Source of the DNA: Candidatus Magasanikiibacteriota bacterium
GTDB lineage: Bacteria > Patescibacteriota > Patescibacteriia > Magasanikbacterales > GWA2-37-8
Direction: 5' to 3'
NCBI GenBank assembly: GCA_030650025.1
Contig: JAUSEN010000009.1
Coordinates: 29,144 to 93,143 of the forward strand
DNA: 64,000 nt
Shown here in pieces: positions 8,213 through 19,225 of this stretch (positions are counted from its first letter, which is position 1; every line of letters begins with the position of its first letter). A program made the translations under genes and the position numbers. Under the pieces are notes generated by a model. It did not search any database, was not told the DNA's origin, and saw nothing but the letters and a program-made list of their open reading frames with translations.

Positions 8213-10549
8213 TTACTTCATTATTCCGGTGCTAAAACGGGCGAATTCCCAGAATAAGGCCGAGAAGAATAATGTCATGATGACAGGCGCCGCGAGTGAC
8301 ACCCAATTGCGCTTCCCGGGTTTAAACCAGCGCAACGTCAGAGAATTTGTCACGACTGAGACAGATGACAAGGCCATGGCCAGGCCGGCGAGTTCGGGTT
8401 TAAGCACGAGACCTATTCCCGCGAAAACTCGGGCCGCGATGGGGATCCCAACCACATTGTAAAACAAAGCAAAAAACAAATTTTGTTTAATTTTGTTCAT
8501 GGTTTGTTTCGAGAGTCCAATCGCTCCGACTACATCACGGAGGTCATTTTTCATGACTACCACTCCGCCTGTTTCCATCGCCACATCAGTTCCCGCGCCC
8601 ATCGCGATGCCGAGGTCTGCCTGCGCCAAAGCCGGCGCGTCATTAATTCCGTCACCCACCATCCCGACAAACATTTTTTTCTCTTGCAATTTCTTAATTT
8701 CCTCTACTTTGCCTTCTGGTAAAACTCCGGCAATAATATTACGAATTCCGGCTTGCGCTGCTATTGCTGTAGCCGTGCGTTCGTTATCCCCAGTTATCAT
8801 GTACACTTCTATTCCCATTTTCTCTAATTGTAAGACGGCTTCGCGCGATGTAGTTTTTAAGGTGTCTGCTACGGCCACTAGTCCCAATATTTTATTTTCA
8901 TCAGACACAATCATTACCGTTTTCCCCTCGCGCTCAAGGTTTATAACTGTTGTTTCGTCAGTAAGGCTTAATTTTAAGTTTTGCATTTTAAGTAACGCCC
9001 GGTTGCCGATAAAATATTTTTTCTCTCCAATCCGGCCCGCTATCCCTTGCCCGGGTATGGCTGTAAACTCACTGACCGCGATCAGTTCAACTTTATCTTC
9101 TTTAGTTTTGTTTACAATCGCTTCAGCCAAGGGGTGCTCGGATAAATTTTCAATCGATCCGGCAATCTGCAAGATATTGTCGTTATTTATTTTTAGGATG
9201 TCTGTTACTACCGGCTTTCCATTAGTAAGCGTGCCGGTTTTATCAAATACCATGGCGTTTATTTTGCAGGCCATCTCAAGTGGTTCGCCGCCTTTCACTA
9301 GTATCCCATATTCCGCGCCCTTGCCTGTGCCGACCATGAGGGCGGTGGGTGTCGCGAGGCCGAGCGCGCAAGGGCAAGCGATCACGATTACCGCGGTAAA
9401 AGTCATGAGCGCGAACGTAAGGGTACTGCCCAATACGAAGTACCAGATTATAAAAGCCAGGGCCGCCGCTACTAGCACCGTTGGCACAAAATATTGTGAG
9501 ACCCGATCCGCGAAATCTTGAATGCGGGCGCGCGAGCCTTGAGCCTCTTCCACCAGCCGAATAATTTGCGCCAAAACAGTTTCGTTACCCACTTTGGTTA
9601 CTGTAAATTCTAAACTGCCGAGTTTGTTTATAGTCGCGCCAACCACGCTGTCGCCCACCTGTTTTTCTACGGGCAAACTCTCGCCCGAGATCATGGATTC
9701 GTCCACCGACGAATGCCCGCGCGCGACCTTGCCATCCACGGGAATTTTCTCGCCTGGTTTTACGAGTACCATGTCGCCCGGTATAACTTCGTTAATTGGA
9801 ATATCAAAAGTTTTTCCGTCCCGAATGACATGCGCGATTTTTGGTTGTAGGCCCATCAACTTTTTAATCGCTTCCGAAGTTTTCCCTTTGGTCCTCGCTT
9901 CTAACCATTTGCCCATTGTTACAAACGTGATCAAGAAAGCGGCAGTTTCAAAATATAATTCGGGGATTTTGGCTCCCGCCAGCCCCAGCACGCTTTCTTT
10001 ACTAATAGCGTAAACCAAGAAATTAACCACGCTGTAAATATAAGCCGTGGTGGTCCCAATGGCAATCAAGCTATCCATGCCAAACATCTTCATGCGGATA
10101 CTGCTCCAAGTGCCTTTGTAAAACCCTCTGCCTACTATAAATTGAACTGGCGTCGCGAGTATAAAAGACACGATGCCGACATAGGGGAGTAGAACTGCGC
10201 CTCCTGGCAACCAACCAAAATAATCTAGCATCATGAAGTAAAGCATCGGCGCGGATAAAACTGCGCTCCACGCGAACAGCTTGAAGTAGTGGGCGATTTC
10301 CCGGGCGCGTTTGTGGCTTTCATGTTCCGTGTCGCTCGTATCCACGATCTCCGCGCCATAACCGGCCTTTTTCACTGCTTCTATAATTTTTTTGGTGGTA
10401 ATTTTTGCTTCGTCAAATTCCACTCGCGCTTTTTCGTTCGCAAAATTAACATTAGAGTTATTTATGCCCTCTGTTTTGCTAAGCGCCTTTTCAATTAATT
10501 TGGCACAACTGGCGCAGTGCATGCCTGATATAGTCAAATCTGTTTTCAT
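8213..10549 (-). CDS. copA: Copper-translocating P1B-type ATPase
   Basis: [33 protein letters not shown] and MALSS motifs. Confidence 0.95.
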   Translation of the reverse strand: MKTDLTISGMHCASCAKLIEKALSKTEGINNSNVNFANEKARVEFDEAKITTKKIIEAVKKAGYGAEIVDTSDTEHESHKRAREIAHYFKLFAWSAVLSAPMLYFMMLDYFGWLPGGAVLLPYVGIVSFILATPVQFIVGRGFYKGTWSSIRMKMFGMDSLIAIGTTTAYIYSVVNFLVYAISKESVLGLAGAKIPELYFETAAFLITFVTMGKWLEARTKGKTSEAIKKLMGLQPKIAHVIRDGKTFDIPINEVIPGDMVLVKPGEKIPVDGKVARGHSSVDESMISGESLPVEKQVGDSVVGATINKLGSLEFTVTKVGNETVLAQIIRLVEEAQGSRARIQDFADRVSQYFVPTVLVAAALAFIIWYFVLGSTLTFALMTFTAVIVIACPCALGLATPTALMVGTGKGAEYGILVKGGEPLEMACKINAMVFDKTGTLTNGKPVVTDILKINNDNILQIAGSIENLSEHPLAEAIVNKTKEDKVELIAVSEFTAIPGQGIAGRIGEKKYFIGNRALLKMQNLKLSLTDETTVINLEREGKTVMIVSDENKILGLVAVADTLKTTSREAVLQLEKMGIEVYMITGDNERTATAIAAQAGIRNIIAGVLPEGKVEEIKKLQEKKMFVGMVGDGINDAPALAQADLGIAMGAGTDVAMETGGVVVMKNDLRDVVGAIGLSKQTMNKIKQNLFFALFYNVVGIPIAARVFAGIGLVLKPELAGLAMALSSVSVVTNSLTLRWFKPGKRNWVSLAAPVIMTLFFSALFWEFARFSTGIMK

Positions 10550-10550
10550 A

Positions 10551-11912
10551 TTATTTAATGATTATTTTTCCTCGGTACATGCCCATGGAGCATGAGAAGG
10601 GAATTTCGCCGCTTACGGGGGCAGTAAATTCAATAATATTCTCCCCGGCGTTTAAACTGCGGCTAATCCCCAGGCTCGGCACCACAACAGAGCTGGCACA
10701 GCTAAACTGGCTGGTAGAATTGATAATCCAGCGAATTTTAGTGCCGGCTTTAACTGTTAGTATATTTGGCGAATATCCTCCGGCTGTCTGCGTCATTCTC
10801 ACTTCTTGCACGCTGTTGGCGTTAGTTTCTTGAGCTTGGGCGGTGTTGGCATTTTTAAAGCCGCCGAATAGCAATAATTGGCCATTAGATACATTGTACC
10901 AACCGAGAATTATTACGGCGATGCCCGCGGCCGCGAAGAACACTCTCGCTTTGGCGCCTTTGAAGACAGACGACAACCCGCCAAGCGAGAGCAGACCCGG
11001 AGCCGTGCCGAGCGCGAATAGGCCCATGATCAGCGCTCCTTTGGCAAGGCTACCGGTAGAGACCGCGTAGAGTTGCATCGCCTGCGTAAACCCGCACGGC
11101 AAGAAAAAGCTGGCCGCTCCGGCGTATAGAGCTGACTGGTGGCTGTATTCCTTAATATCAGTCGACATTCCGAAGAACCGCGCGAGTGATTTGGGTAGTG
11201 TCAGAGAGCTATTTTTTAGTTTCGGGAATATTTCAATCAACTTCAGACCTAAAAATAGCATCACTAACCCGACAATTATGGTAAAAAATCCTAAAAAAGT
11301 CGGCGAGGGTTTGAGGGCCGAGCCCACGGCGCCAATTACGCCACCAAGTATCGTATAGCCGAGAATTCTGCCCGCGTTAAAATATAAATGCGGTCGGAAT
11401 TTCTGCAGGCGCGTCGCTTCGGGGTGGCGTTCGGCGTGGCGCGCCGAGAGCCCCAGCACTAGTCCGCCAACGAGCGCCATACAAGTGGAGACTCCGGCCA
11501 CGAGGCCAACGATTAGAGCAATACCAACGCCTGCCTCGGCGCCGGAGTTAACTGAATAATTTAAAATTCCGAGCATTTTCGCGAGCCCATACACCACCCA
11601 GAGCGCCGCCGCGCCGAGGATTAAGTATTCGTAGTCCTTATAATTTTTGGAGATCCAGGGCAAGGGGCCGCTCGTGCCCATTGTGTACCCGGCCGCCTCC
11701 ACGGCTTGTTTTAATTTGTCTTGTAAGGAAGGCTGATCGGCGTTCCCGGCGTCAGCCGAGCGCGCCGGTTCCTCGTACGCAATGTTTGCGACACCAGTTT
11801 TATAGTTGACGTTGACCTTTGACACGCCCGGAATCTTTTTAATTTCACCCTCAATCAGGAGTTCACAGCTTTTACAGTGCATGCCCCGGATATTGATATT
11901 ACAACTAGGCAT
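10551..11912 (-). CDS. HMA + DsbD_2 membrane domain + cupredoxin fusion
   Basis: GMHCKSC; STCMALVGG; LPCGF; [10 protein letters not shown]; ATG at 11912. Confidence 0.85.
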   Translation of the reverse strand: MPSCNINIRGMHCKSCELLIEGEIKKIPGVSKVNVNYKTGVANIAYEEPARSADAGNADQPSLQDKLKQAVEAAGYTMGTSGPLPWISKNYKDYEYLILGAAALWVVYGLAKMLGILNYSVNSGAEAGVGIALIVGLVAGVSTCMALVGGLVLGLSARHAERHPEATRLQKFRPHLYFNAGRILGYTILGGVIGAVGSALKPSPTFLGFFTIIVGLVMLFLGLKLIEIFPKLKNSSLTLPKSLARFFGMSTDIKEYSHQSALYAGAASFFLPCGFTQAMQLYAVSTGSLAKGALIMGLFALGTAPGLLSLGGLSSVFKGAKARVFFAAAGIAVIILGWYNVSNGQLLLFGGFKNANTAQAQETNANSVQEVRMTQTAGGYSPNILTVKAGTKIRWIINSTSQFSCASSVVVPSLGISRSLNAGENIIEFTAPVSGEIPFSCSMGMYRGKIIIK

Positions 11913-11986
11913 ATATTTGCTAATAATAACAAAATCGCTTCTCACTTAAACTGCCTACCACTTATATAAAATAGCGATAGACAAAC

Positions 11987-12424
11987 TTAACAAGAAGCGA
12001 AACTGCGTTGTTCCAAGAGTGTGAGCCAAGATAAAAAGTTTTTAGTATGGGTTTTAAATCTTTCCGCTCGGCCGTGTAACTTTAATTTTATTACATTTCT
12101 AATTCGCCACCAATTAAGTCGCTCTCGCCAGAGCGTAGCGAGCGCGCTCGCGGTAAACAAAAGGACTATTAAAGACAATATCTGTGTCCAGTCGGGCACT
12201 ACAAAAATTAGTGACCGAAAAAATGCCACGTGCGTTTGCAAGCACCCGGTCGGCGCTGTTTTTAAACTCTCGCCGCCGCTCTGGCTCATGCCCATTGGTG
12301 TTGCGCCCGCGCAGGGGGTTTTCATTCCTTGGGCCATAGTCATTTGGGGGCAAAACAGCAAAAACAGCGACGCTGTCAAAAACGCGCCTAAGGCGATCAC
12401 CGAAATAGTATTACGCAGTCGCAT
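11987..12424 (-). CDS. Hypothetical membrane protein upstream of the copper operon
   Basis: Signal/TM segments with Cys/Met/His-rich middle. Confidence 0.6.
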   Translation of the reverse strand: MRLRNTISVIALGAFLTASLFLLFCPQMTMAQGMKTPCAGATPMGMSQSGGESLKTAPTGCLQTHVAFFRSLIFVVPDWTQILSLIVLLFTASALATLWRERLNWWRIRNVIKLKLHGRAERFKTHTKNFLSWLTLLEQRSFASC

Positions 12425-12474
12425 ATATCTATATTTTTATTTTAAACCCGCTGGCTATAAAAGTCAAAGACTGT

Positions 12475-12969
12475 TTACAGAGTTTCAAACACCCCGATTT
12501 TCTCGTTTTTCTTAACATTATACCAGTCGAAGACTTTGCCGTTCATGGCGATATATACCCCGGGTGGTAGCACCTGGACAAATGCCACGGCGGTCCCCAA
12601 GTTAAACATGCTGTCCGAATTTACCAGCGAGTTCGGCATCATCGCCCCGGTCAAAACCACGGTTTTATTTTGCGTTAATTCTTTATTATCGCCGAGCATT
12701 TTAGCGGTCTCGGCCATGGTACTGGTGCCGTGGGTGATCAAGATTTTATCTTCCGGTGTGGCTAAGCAATTCTCCAAAATGGATTGTCGATCCGCGAAAG
12801 TCATTTTTAAGCTGTCAATCATCATAAGGGTGCGGATATCAAACTCGGCTTTACAGCGGGCAATCTCGAGCATCTTCGTCAGAGAAGTCTCTTTAAATTC
12901 CAGCTCCTCTTTTATTTCGTTGTAGACTTTATCAAACGACCCACCCGTCACAAAAATTTTTATAGACAT
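12475..12969 (-). CDS. Asparaginase N-terminal-domain protein
   Basis: TGGSFDK, ITHGTSTM, VLTGAM motifs. Confidence 0.85.
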   Translation of the reverse strand: MSIKIFVTGGSFDKVYNEIKEELEFKETSLTKMLEIARCKAEFDIRTLMMIDSLKMTFADRQSILENCLATPEDKILITHGTSTMAETAKMLGDNKELTQNKTVVLTGAMMPNSLVNSDSMFNLGTAVAFVQVLPPGVYIAMNGKVFDWYNVKKNEKIGVFETL

Positions 12970-13067
12970 AGACGTAGAATTATTTAAAAGCTACCAGTAA
13001 TATACTGCTCGAACTGATTTTTGTAAAGCAGATGTATGGTACCAATGCAGCGGCTAGTGTAGAAATA

Positions 13068-13095
13068 AAAATATCCCGCCACAGCAGGATATTTT
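13068..13095 (-). terminator. Intrinsic terminator after gene 13245-13745
   Basis: aaaatatcctgc tgtg gcgggatattttt on minus strand. Confidence 0.6.
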
Positions 13096-13244
13096 AAGAT
13101 TTTTTCAAGACCACCCTCGATATACCGGCAAGAACTTGTAAGTATATCGAGTGTGAAGGTGGTCTTGTGTGTGTAGAACCGTTCGAGCGAACCCTCCCTC
13201 CAGCGACACGCCGGAGGGAGGGTTGTACACCCAGCCGCGGCGCG

Positions 13245-13745
13245 TTACTCGTCGTCCAACTTCATCCGGGTATGAATCCGCGGCGGCGGGGCTCGCGGCG
13301 GATCCGGGGGCGGGGGCGGCGGTCGCGGAGCGACCAGGCGGGGTTCACGCTGGATCGCTTCCGCGATCGCGGCTTCGATCGCCGCGGCGAGCCCCGGCTC
13401 GCGGGGCGGCAGTCCACCGATGTCGAAGCCCAGGCTTCCCCAGCTCACGGTAGCGTCCGCGCGGAACTTGCCAGCGGATACAACCTGCCCCTGTCTGCGG
13501 TAGTCCACTTCCACCTCCTCCGCGCACTTCTCCGGGTCGCTGGCGAGTAGGGGGTGCTTTGTGTAGATGGCCACCAACCGCGCGTGCCGGTCAACGTTGC
13601 CGACCAGCAGGGTGCCGTCCGAGAGCAAGACGAGTTTCCCTACGTACTTGTGATGGTCGTACAGCCTCTCGAAAGTCGGAACTTCTGCTTCCGGGTAATT
13701 CTGGTGGCAGAATGCCACCACGTTCGTCACGTTCGTGGTGCGCAT
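13245..13745 (-). CDS. GC-rich orphan protein with Pro-rich C-terminus (class-2 gene B)
   Basis: ATG at 13745 with AGGAGG 6 nt upstream; promoter TTGACA-N17-TAGGGT at 13765-13793. Confidence 0.7.
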   Translation of the reverse strand: MRTTNVTNVVAFCHQNYPEAEVPTFERLYDHHKYVGKLVLLSDGTLLVGNVDRHARLVAIYTKHPLLASDPEKCAEEVEVDYRRQGQVVSAGKFRADATVSWGSLGFDIGGLPPREPGLAAAIEAAIAEAIQREPRLVAPRPPPPPPDPPRAPPPRIHTRMKLDDE

Positions 13746-13840
13746 TGGTCGCCTCCTGCCCACCACCCTACGCAATTTTTTATGGGTTGTCAAATAAAAA
13801 CAACAAAAAATATTTTCCGTAAAATTTTGGGTTAAACGAA

Positions 13841-13872
13841 GTAGGGAACCCCGCCAAGGCGGGGTTCCCTAC
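13841..13872. repeat. GTAG-family REP palindrome
   Basis: gtagggaaccccgccaaggcggggttccctac, perfect stem. Confidence 0.85.
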
Positions 13873-13894
13873 AAATAAATTAATTTAGATTCAA

Positions 13895-14980
13895 TTATTC
13901 TGTTCCAGCTAGCGCTGTGTCGGGTGAGGCGGCTGAAGCCGTTTCCGGTGGTTCGCCCCTGTCCACTACTTCCAGCACTTGATCACGGATTTTTTTCATT
14001 AGTTTGGGGTTGGCTTTGAGGTAAGCTTTAGCGGTTTCGCGCCCCACTCCTAATTTTTCTTCGCCCCCGTCTTTGGTGGGGTACAAATAACTATTTCCTT
14101 TTTTGTCCACTATTTTATAAAGCACTGCCGTGTCGAGCGTGTCGCCCGCGAGCGAAATGCCTTCGTTATACATGATGTCGAATTCGGTGGTGCGGAAGGG
14201 CGCGGCGACTTTATTTTTCACGATTTTAACCTTAACGCGGTTGCCGATAATTTTATCGCCCTGTTTAATTTGCGCCGCGCGGCGAATTTCAATGCGGATA
14301 GACGAATAAAATTTTAAAGCCATGCCTCCGGTGGTAGTTTCTGGGTTGCCAAACACAATGCCAATTTTCATGCGTGTTTGGTTGATAAAGATGACGATGG
14401 TTCGGGATTTACTCACAATGCCGGTGAGCTTACGCAGAGCCTGGCTCATAAGGCGAGCTTGTAACCCCATGTGCGAATCGCCCATGTCGCCATCAATTTC
14501 TTTCTGGGGTACGAGCGCCGCCACCGAATCAATTACTACCACATCCACGGCATTGCTTCGAACCAGTGTTTCCACGATTTCGAGCGCCTGTTCGCCCGTG
14601 TCTGGTTGCGAAATTAATAATTCATCAACTTTAACGCCGATTTTTTTGGCATAATCCGGGTCGAGGGCATGCTCGGCGTCCACAAACGCCGCCAGCCCGC
14701 CGAGCTTCTGTACCTCGGCTACAATGTGCTGGGCGAGCGTGGTTTTGCCGCTCGATTCTGGCCCGTAAATTTCAATGACGCGGCCGCGTGGCACGCCCTT
14801 GACGCCAAGCGCGATATCTAAGGATAGACAGCCGGTTGTTACCGCGTCTACCTGCATGGTTTTGGAGTCGCCAAATTTCATAATGGCGCCCGCGCCGAAT
14901 TTGGTTCTAATTTGTTCAATCGCCGTGGCGGCGGCCTTAGACTTTTCTGAATCCTCGTTTTTAATATTTGTTTTAGACAT
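13895..14980 (-). CDS. recA: Recombinase A
   Basis: [40 protein letters not shown]. Confidence 0.99.
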   Translation of the reverse strand: MSKTNIKNEDSEKSKAAATAIEQIRTKFGAGAIMKFGDSKTMQVDAVTTGCLSLDIALGVKGVPRGRVIEIYGPESSGKTTLAQHIVAEVQKLGGLAAFVDAEHALDPDYAKKIGVKVDELLISQPDTGEQALEIVETLVRSNAVDVVVIDSVAALVPQKEIDGDMGDSHMGLQARLMSQALRKLTGIVSKSRTIVIFINQTRMKIGIVFGNPETTTGGMALKFYSSIRIEIRRAAQIKQGDKIIGNRVKVKIVKNKVAAPFRTTEFDIMYNEGISLAGDTLDTAVLYKIVDKKGNSYLYPTKDGGEEKLGVGRETAKAYLKANPKLMKKIRDQVLEVVDRGEPPETASAASPDTALAGTE

Positions 14981-15024
14981 AAAATATAACTGCGTTCCCC
15001 CAATCGCTTAGTATTAATTATAAA

Positions 15025-15738
15025 TTAATAGTTTGGTTCACTTGCTCCCAAACTAACTTTTTCGCCATATTTCGGCGCTCGTACCACCACGTGCCGCGTA
15101 ATGGTAGTTTTTTTGCCGTGCTTTTTTATAGCTTCAAAAGTTAAAGTACTCACACCTTCGGACACATCCACCTTCATGTTAAACCGGCCCGCTTCGTTTA
15201 CCATCACATCTTGGCCATTGACTTTTAAGGTTACTTCGGGTTCAGTTTGCCCCTGAATGGCGAGCGTCAGGCTGTTTACCAGCTCGCCTTCTTGCGGCGA
15301 AATTAGTGTCAGGCGCGGCGGTTGCAAAACGCCATGAATCTGCCAAAGTAAGTAGCCGGCAAATAATACCACCGCGCCTAGCAGTAAGCTGGTGCGCAGA
15401 GCGGTAGTAACGGACGCGAAGCGTGAAAACACAATTTGCCGGTGCGGGTGGACTTGCTCGGCGTCGAGGAGCCCGGCTTCGCGCGCCAATTGTTCTAAGC
15501 ATTCCTTTTCGTTAAGCCCGACTGCCTGCGCGAATTCTTTTATATAAGCGCGCCGAAATGCCACGGCTTTAGGCAATTTTTTAAATTCGCCATTTTCGAT
15601 TGCTTCCAGGTACGGCGTGGCAATGTGGGTGATTTGGCCAATATATTCGAGCGTTAACTTGGCCTCCTCGCGCGCTTCTTTTAATCTCTGGCCCAGGCGC
15701 CTGGTAGCCTCCAATTTTTTATAACAAAATATCGTCAT
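15025..15738 (-). CDS. RodZ-like HTH + TM + Ig-like protein
   Basis: LGQRLKEARE...YLEAIENG HTH, one TM, beta-rich C-terminus; next to ftsK. Confidence 0.75.
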   Translation of the reverse strand: MTIFCYKKLEATRRLGQRLKEAREEAKLTLEYIGQITHIATPYLEAIENGEFKKLPKAVAFRRAYIKEFAQAVGLNEKECLEQLAREAGLLDAEQVHPHRQIVFSRFASVTTALRTSLLLGAVVLFAGYLLWQIHGVLQPPRLTLISPQEGELVNSLTLAIQGQTEPEVTLKVNGQDVMVNEAGRFNMKVDVSEGVSTLTFEAIKKHGKKTTITRHVVVRAPKYGEKVSLGASEPNY

Positions 15739-15743
15739 AATTA

Positions 15744-18188
15744 TTATTCAATCGCTTCAGGGTCATCGTTTGTTTTCTCGGCGCTATTTTCTTCAGCTGT
15801 TTTTTCTTCTAAACTCTCTTCATCGCTTGCGGTGGTAATTTTTTCTGGAGAGTCAAACACACTACCCCCCGCGTCCATGGTCTGTTTGTTTGGCTCTAAC
15901 TCTGGCTCCGCCGGTGGGCGAGAGTAACCCGCTGGCCTCGTCTGCCCCGGCGAATAAAAAGAATCACTCGGCGCGAAAACTTCACGCGGTTTCGCGCCTT
16001 CTCCTGGCCCTACTATACCATTCTCTTCGAGCTCGTCAAGGAGGCGCGCCGCTCGGGCATACCCCACTTTCATGCGCCGCTGGAGGAGCGAGGCCGAGGC
16101 CTTGCCCGATTCAATCACCAGGCGTTTGGCTTCTTCAAATAAAGGATCTTGGTCGTCGCTTGGCCCTCCAAACAGGCTCATCGTGCCGCTTACGCCGCCT
16201 TTAGATACAATCGAATCATCATATCGCGCTGGCTCATCACCCTGGAGGTAAGTAACCAGCGATTTCATTTCTTCTTCGGATACATAGGCTCCTTGCAAGC
16301 GTTTGGGTTTAGAGAGTTCCGCGGTCAAGAGGAGCATATCGCCGCGGCCAAGGAGTTTTTCCGCGCCCGGGCAGTCCAAAATAGTGCGCGAATCAATGAT
16401 GGACGCGACTGAAAACGCCAAACGCGCGGGGATATTGGCTTTCATGAGGCCGGTAATAACTTCAACGCTCGGCCGCTGGGTAGCCACAATTAGGTGGATG
16501 CCAACCGCGCGCGCCATTTGGGCAATGCGGATAATCCCGGCTTCCACTTCGGCCGGGGCCGTGGTCATTAAATCGGCCAGCTCGTCAATCACAAAAACAA
16601 TGTAAGGCAGTTTATCCGCGGTCGCTTTGTTATAAGACTGGATATCGCGTTTGCCCGCGGCCGAAAGTAAATCAAAGCGCCGATCCATTTCGCCAATCAC
16701 CCACTTTAAAGCATTGACTGTTTTGGCCGCGTCCGTGATCACGGGGGTTAGCAAATGGGGAATGCCGTTATAAAGAGTCAGTTCCACGCGCTTTGGGTCA
16801 ACCATTATTAGGCGTAATGTTTCGGGCGTATTTTGAAATAACAAACTCAAAATTACCGTATTAATACAAACTGTTTTACCGCTTCCCGTGGCACCCGCGA
16901 TTAGCATGTGCGGCATTTTGAGTAAATCTCCAAACCATACTTTGCCTGCCACATCTTTGCCGAGAGCCACCATCATGGAATGCTCGCGATTTTTATATTC
17001 CGGGCTTTCCAATAATTCGCGCAGTGTTACCATCGCCACTTTCTGATTAGGCACTTCAATGCCAACGAGGGCCTTACCCGGTATTGGCGCTTCAATGCGG
17101 ATCGGATGAGCCGCTAACGCCAAAGCCAAATCGTTTGACAGGCCAGTGATCCGGGCCAGTTTTACGCCCTTATCTGGTTTCAGCGAATATTGCGTTACCG
17201 TGGGGCCAACGCGCACTTCCCCCATCTCTACCTCAATGCCAAAATTATGCAGCATGTCTTTGATTACCGCGGCATTGCTTTTAATGTCCCCGCTGGTAGG
17301 TTTGCTTTTAGAAATATGCAGTAAGTCCAAACTCGGCAAATTTTTATAAACAATTTTTTCTTTAATGATTTCCATTTTATTTTTTTCTTCACCTTCTTCC
17401 GCGTCCCCATTTTTACCATTCTCGCGTTGCCCGGCCATTGCTTTATGCTTAAATATTCGCCGCTCTTCTTCCGCGCCGTCATCCTCGGCTTCTTCCTCGT
17501 CGGTTTTGGTGGTCGCTCTCTCTCGCTTGTTTCCTAACTCTTGGTTGGCCGTGTCGCCAATTTCATATTCGCCTTTAATTTTAAATCTAATTGGCTGGTC
17601 GGATTTTTCAAATTTACTAAACAACGCTACCACTCGCGCGCCCATCCAGCCAATGCTCGCCAAGAATTTTTTATGAATGTCCACGATATTAGCGAGCGAA
17701 GTATTAAAGAGCAAAATAATGCCAACCAGCATGAGCCCGATTAAAATCAAGAGTCCTCCCCAGTACCCGAGGTACATTAAAGCCGGCCAAGAGAGAACGA
17801 GGCCGGCGAGCCCGCCGCCAAAACCTTGGAGCGCGATCGAAACGAGCGCCTCGATCGGTTTTTGTATATGCACCAGCCCATTGAACGACAGTAAAAAAAT
17901 TACCGCTCCGATTAGGTGGGTGGGGCGGTATTTATATTCCGCGTCCTTAATTACAAAATAGATTAAAATCAAAAGCACTAATGGGAAGGCGTAGCGCACT
18001 TGGCCAAAAGTTATCGCGAGCAAAGAGTCCACAAATTTTCCGGCTACGCCCGCGCTGTCAAAAAAACTCAAAATAGATAGGCCGGCCACCACTAATAATA
18101 AAACCGCTAAAACGCCCCGATTAATGGGTGGGTTAACCTCGATTTTTTCGTACCACCTAACGCGGCTACGGCGGCGCGGTCTGTACAT
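15744..18188 (-). CDS. ftsK: DNA translocase FtsK/SpoIIIE
   Basis: N-terminal TMs, GATGSGKT, DPKRVEL, IDELADLM, ATQRPS, gamma domain LQRRMKVGYARAAR. Confidence 0.97.
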   Translation of the reverse strand: MYRPRRRSRVRWYEKIEVNPPINRGVLAVLLLVVAGLSILSFFDSAGVAGKFVDSLLAITFGQVRYAFPLVLLILIYFVIKDAEYKYRPTHLIGAVIFLLSFNGLVHIQKPIEALVSIALQGFGGGLAGLVLSWPALMYLGYWGGLLILIGLMLVGIILLFNTSLANIVDIHKKFLASIGWMGARVVALFSKFEKSDQPIRFKIKGEYEIGDTANQELGNKRERATTKTDEEEAEDDGAEEERRIFKHKAMAGQRENGKNGDAEEGEEKNKMEIIKEKIVYKNLPSLDLLHISKSKPTSGDIKSNAAVIKDMLHNFGIEVEMGEVRVGPTVTQYSLKPDKGVKLARITGLSNDLALALAAHPIRIEAPIPGKALVGIEVPNQKVAMVTLRELLESPEYKNREHSMMVALGKDVAGKVWFGDLLKMPHMLIAGATGSGKTVCINTVILSLLFQNTPETLRLIMVDPKRVELTLYNGIPHLLTPVITDAAKTVNALKWVIGEMDRRFDLLSAAGKRDIQSYNKATADKLPYIVFVIDELADLMTTAPAEVEAGIIRIAQMARAVGIHLIVATQRPSVEVITGLMKANIPARLAFSVASIIDSRTILDCPGAEKLLGRGDMLLLTAELSKPKRLQGAYVSEEEMKSLVTYLQGDEPARYDDSIVSKGGVSGTMSLFGGPSDDQDPLFEEAKRLVIESGKASASLLQRRMKVGYARAARLLDELEENGIVGPGEGAKPREVFAPSDSFYSPGQTRPAGYSRPPAEPELEPNKQTMDAGGSVFDSPEKITTASDEESLEEKTAEENSAEKTNDDPEAIE

Positions 18189-18309
18189 AAATAATTATAA
18201 GCATTCCGCCAAAGGCGGATTGTTAACTGACACAAAATTTTTCAAATTTTGGTCGTTAACAACAAAATTCGTGCCTTTATGCACTCGTCTCCCGTCTTTA
18301 TTATAGCAC

Positions 18310-18564
18310 AAAAAAGCCCTCGAGCGTAGTCGAGAGGCTTGTGCACAGACTCTGGCCAATTTACTGCGAGAAGAGCTGCATGTCTTAGCTAACGGACCGA
18401 ATCTAGAAAACGCTGCTAGAACACCGGAGTGTTCAAAGCAAGAGAGAGACTGTTTTTTAGCGTCCTGCCCGGTTGAGACATCAACTCTTTCGCAGTAAAC
18501 TGGCCACAGCAATTTATTTTTTTAGTTTTAGAGATGATTTAGATGTTATGAGAGTGGTTGGCAG
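18310..18564 (-). ncRNA. Candidate structured ncRNA (rod-like, possibly 6S-like)
   Basis: Promoter TTGACA-N16-TACAAT (18571-18598); ~35-bp closing stem 18353-18390/18471-18506; terminator 18310-18340; no credible ORF. Confidence 0.55.
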
Positions 18565-18630
18565 TCTTTAATTGTAGCGGAATTTAATAGTCTGTCAAGT
18601 GTGACCAAAAAATATTGTCCGTAAAATTTT

Positions 18631-18659
18631 GTAGGGACAGGGCATTGCCCTGTCCCTAC
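18631..18659. repeat. GTAG-family REP, near-identical to the REP inside RAYT 60393-60977
   Basis: gtagggacagggcattgccctgtccctac vs gtagggacagggcagtgccctgtccctac (60711-60739). Confidence 0.9.
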
Positions 18660-18760
18660 TTGGTTTCTCTAATTTTTTAGAAGTTCGCCACCCGGCTGTT
18701 TCCAAAAATTTTAGAAATAGCAGGGTAGTGGGGCGAACTTCAGCCTCTCTACCTTTCTTC

Positions 18761-19003
18761 TCACCGGCGGGCGTAGCGCCGCCTCTCCTGGTTGCAGCGC
18801 CAAGCCAGGAACCCTGCCAGGAGGCAGAGGCGCACGATGGTGAGCCAGGGGAGAGCGCTGGCCCGGGCGCTGATGAAGGCGAAGCTCATCGCCTGGCAAA
18901 CGCCCCTGACTTCTTTCCGCTTCACGATTTTCAGACCGCGCCGCAGCGCGGCCAGGTGGCAGCCCAGCGAGCAGGCTGCGATTTCGATCGTGTATCTTTT
19001 CAT
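18761..19003 (-). CDS. GC-rich small basic/membrane orphan protein (class-2 gene C)
   Basis: ATG at 19003 with GAGGAGG 5 nt upstream; 80 aa; C-terminal hydrophobic helix and Arg-rich tail. Confidence 0.55.
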   Translation of the reverse strand: MKRYTIEIAACSLGCHLAALRRGLKIVKRKEVRGVCQAMSFAFISARASALPWLTIVRLCLLAGFLAWRCNQERRRYARR

Positions 19004-19067
19004 GGCAGCCTCCTCAAGTTGGGGTTGACTGTTATCTAAACATGTTTTAAAAAAATAGGCAAATAAA

Positions 19068-19094
19068 AACCCTGTACCAGAACGGTACAGGGTT
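19068..19094 (-). terminator. Intrinsic terminator after gene 19226-19837
   Basis: aaccctgtacc gttct ggtacagggttttt on minus strand. Confidence 0.7.
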
Positions 19095-19225
19095 AATATA
19101 TTTTTGAAGTTCGTCGTCACCTTCTGGGGATAATTTAATATTTTCCCAAGAAGGTGATGCGACGACGAACTTGATACTGTTCGCTGTCGCACCACTTTGT
19201 GCGTGGTGCGTGTTGTCCCTTGGTG

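Noticed and set aside
8493-9521. 342-aa ORF antisense to copA (and similar shadows over rpoB, rpoC and recA)
   Set aside because: Shadow ORFs of well-supported genes.
18195-18512. 105-aa minus-strand ORF upstream of ftsK
   Set aside because: TTG start, runs through a long RNA stem, a terminator and the ftsK promoter.
13106-19172. Bulged 3' hairpins as integron attC sites
   Set aside because: They lack RYYYAAC...GTTRRRY ends, no integrase is present, and the genes have their own promoters.
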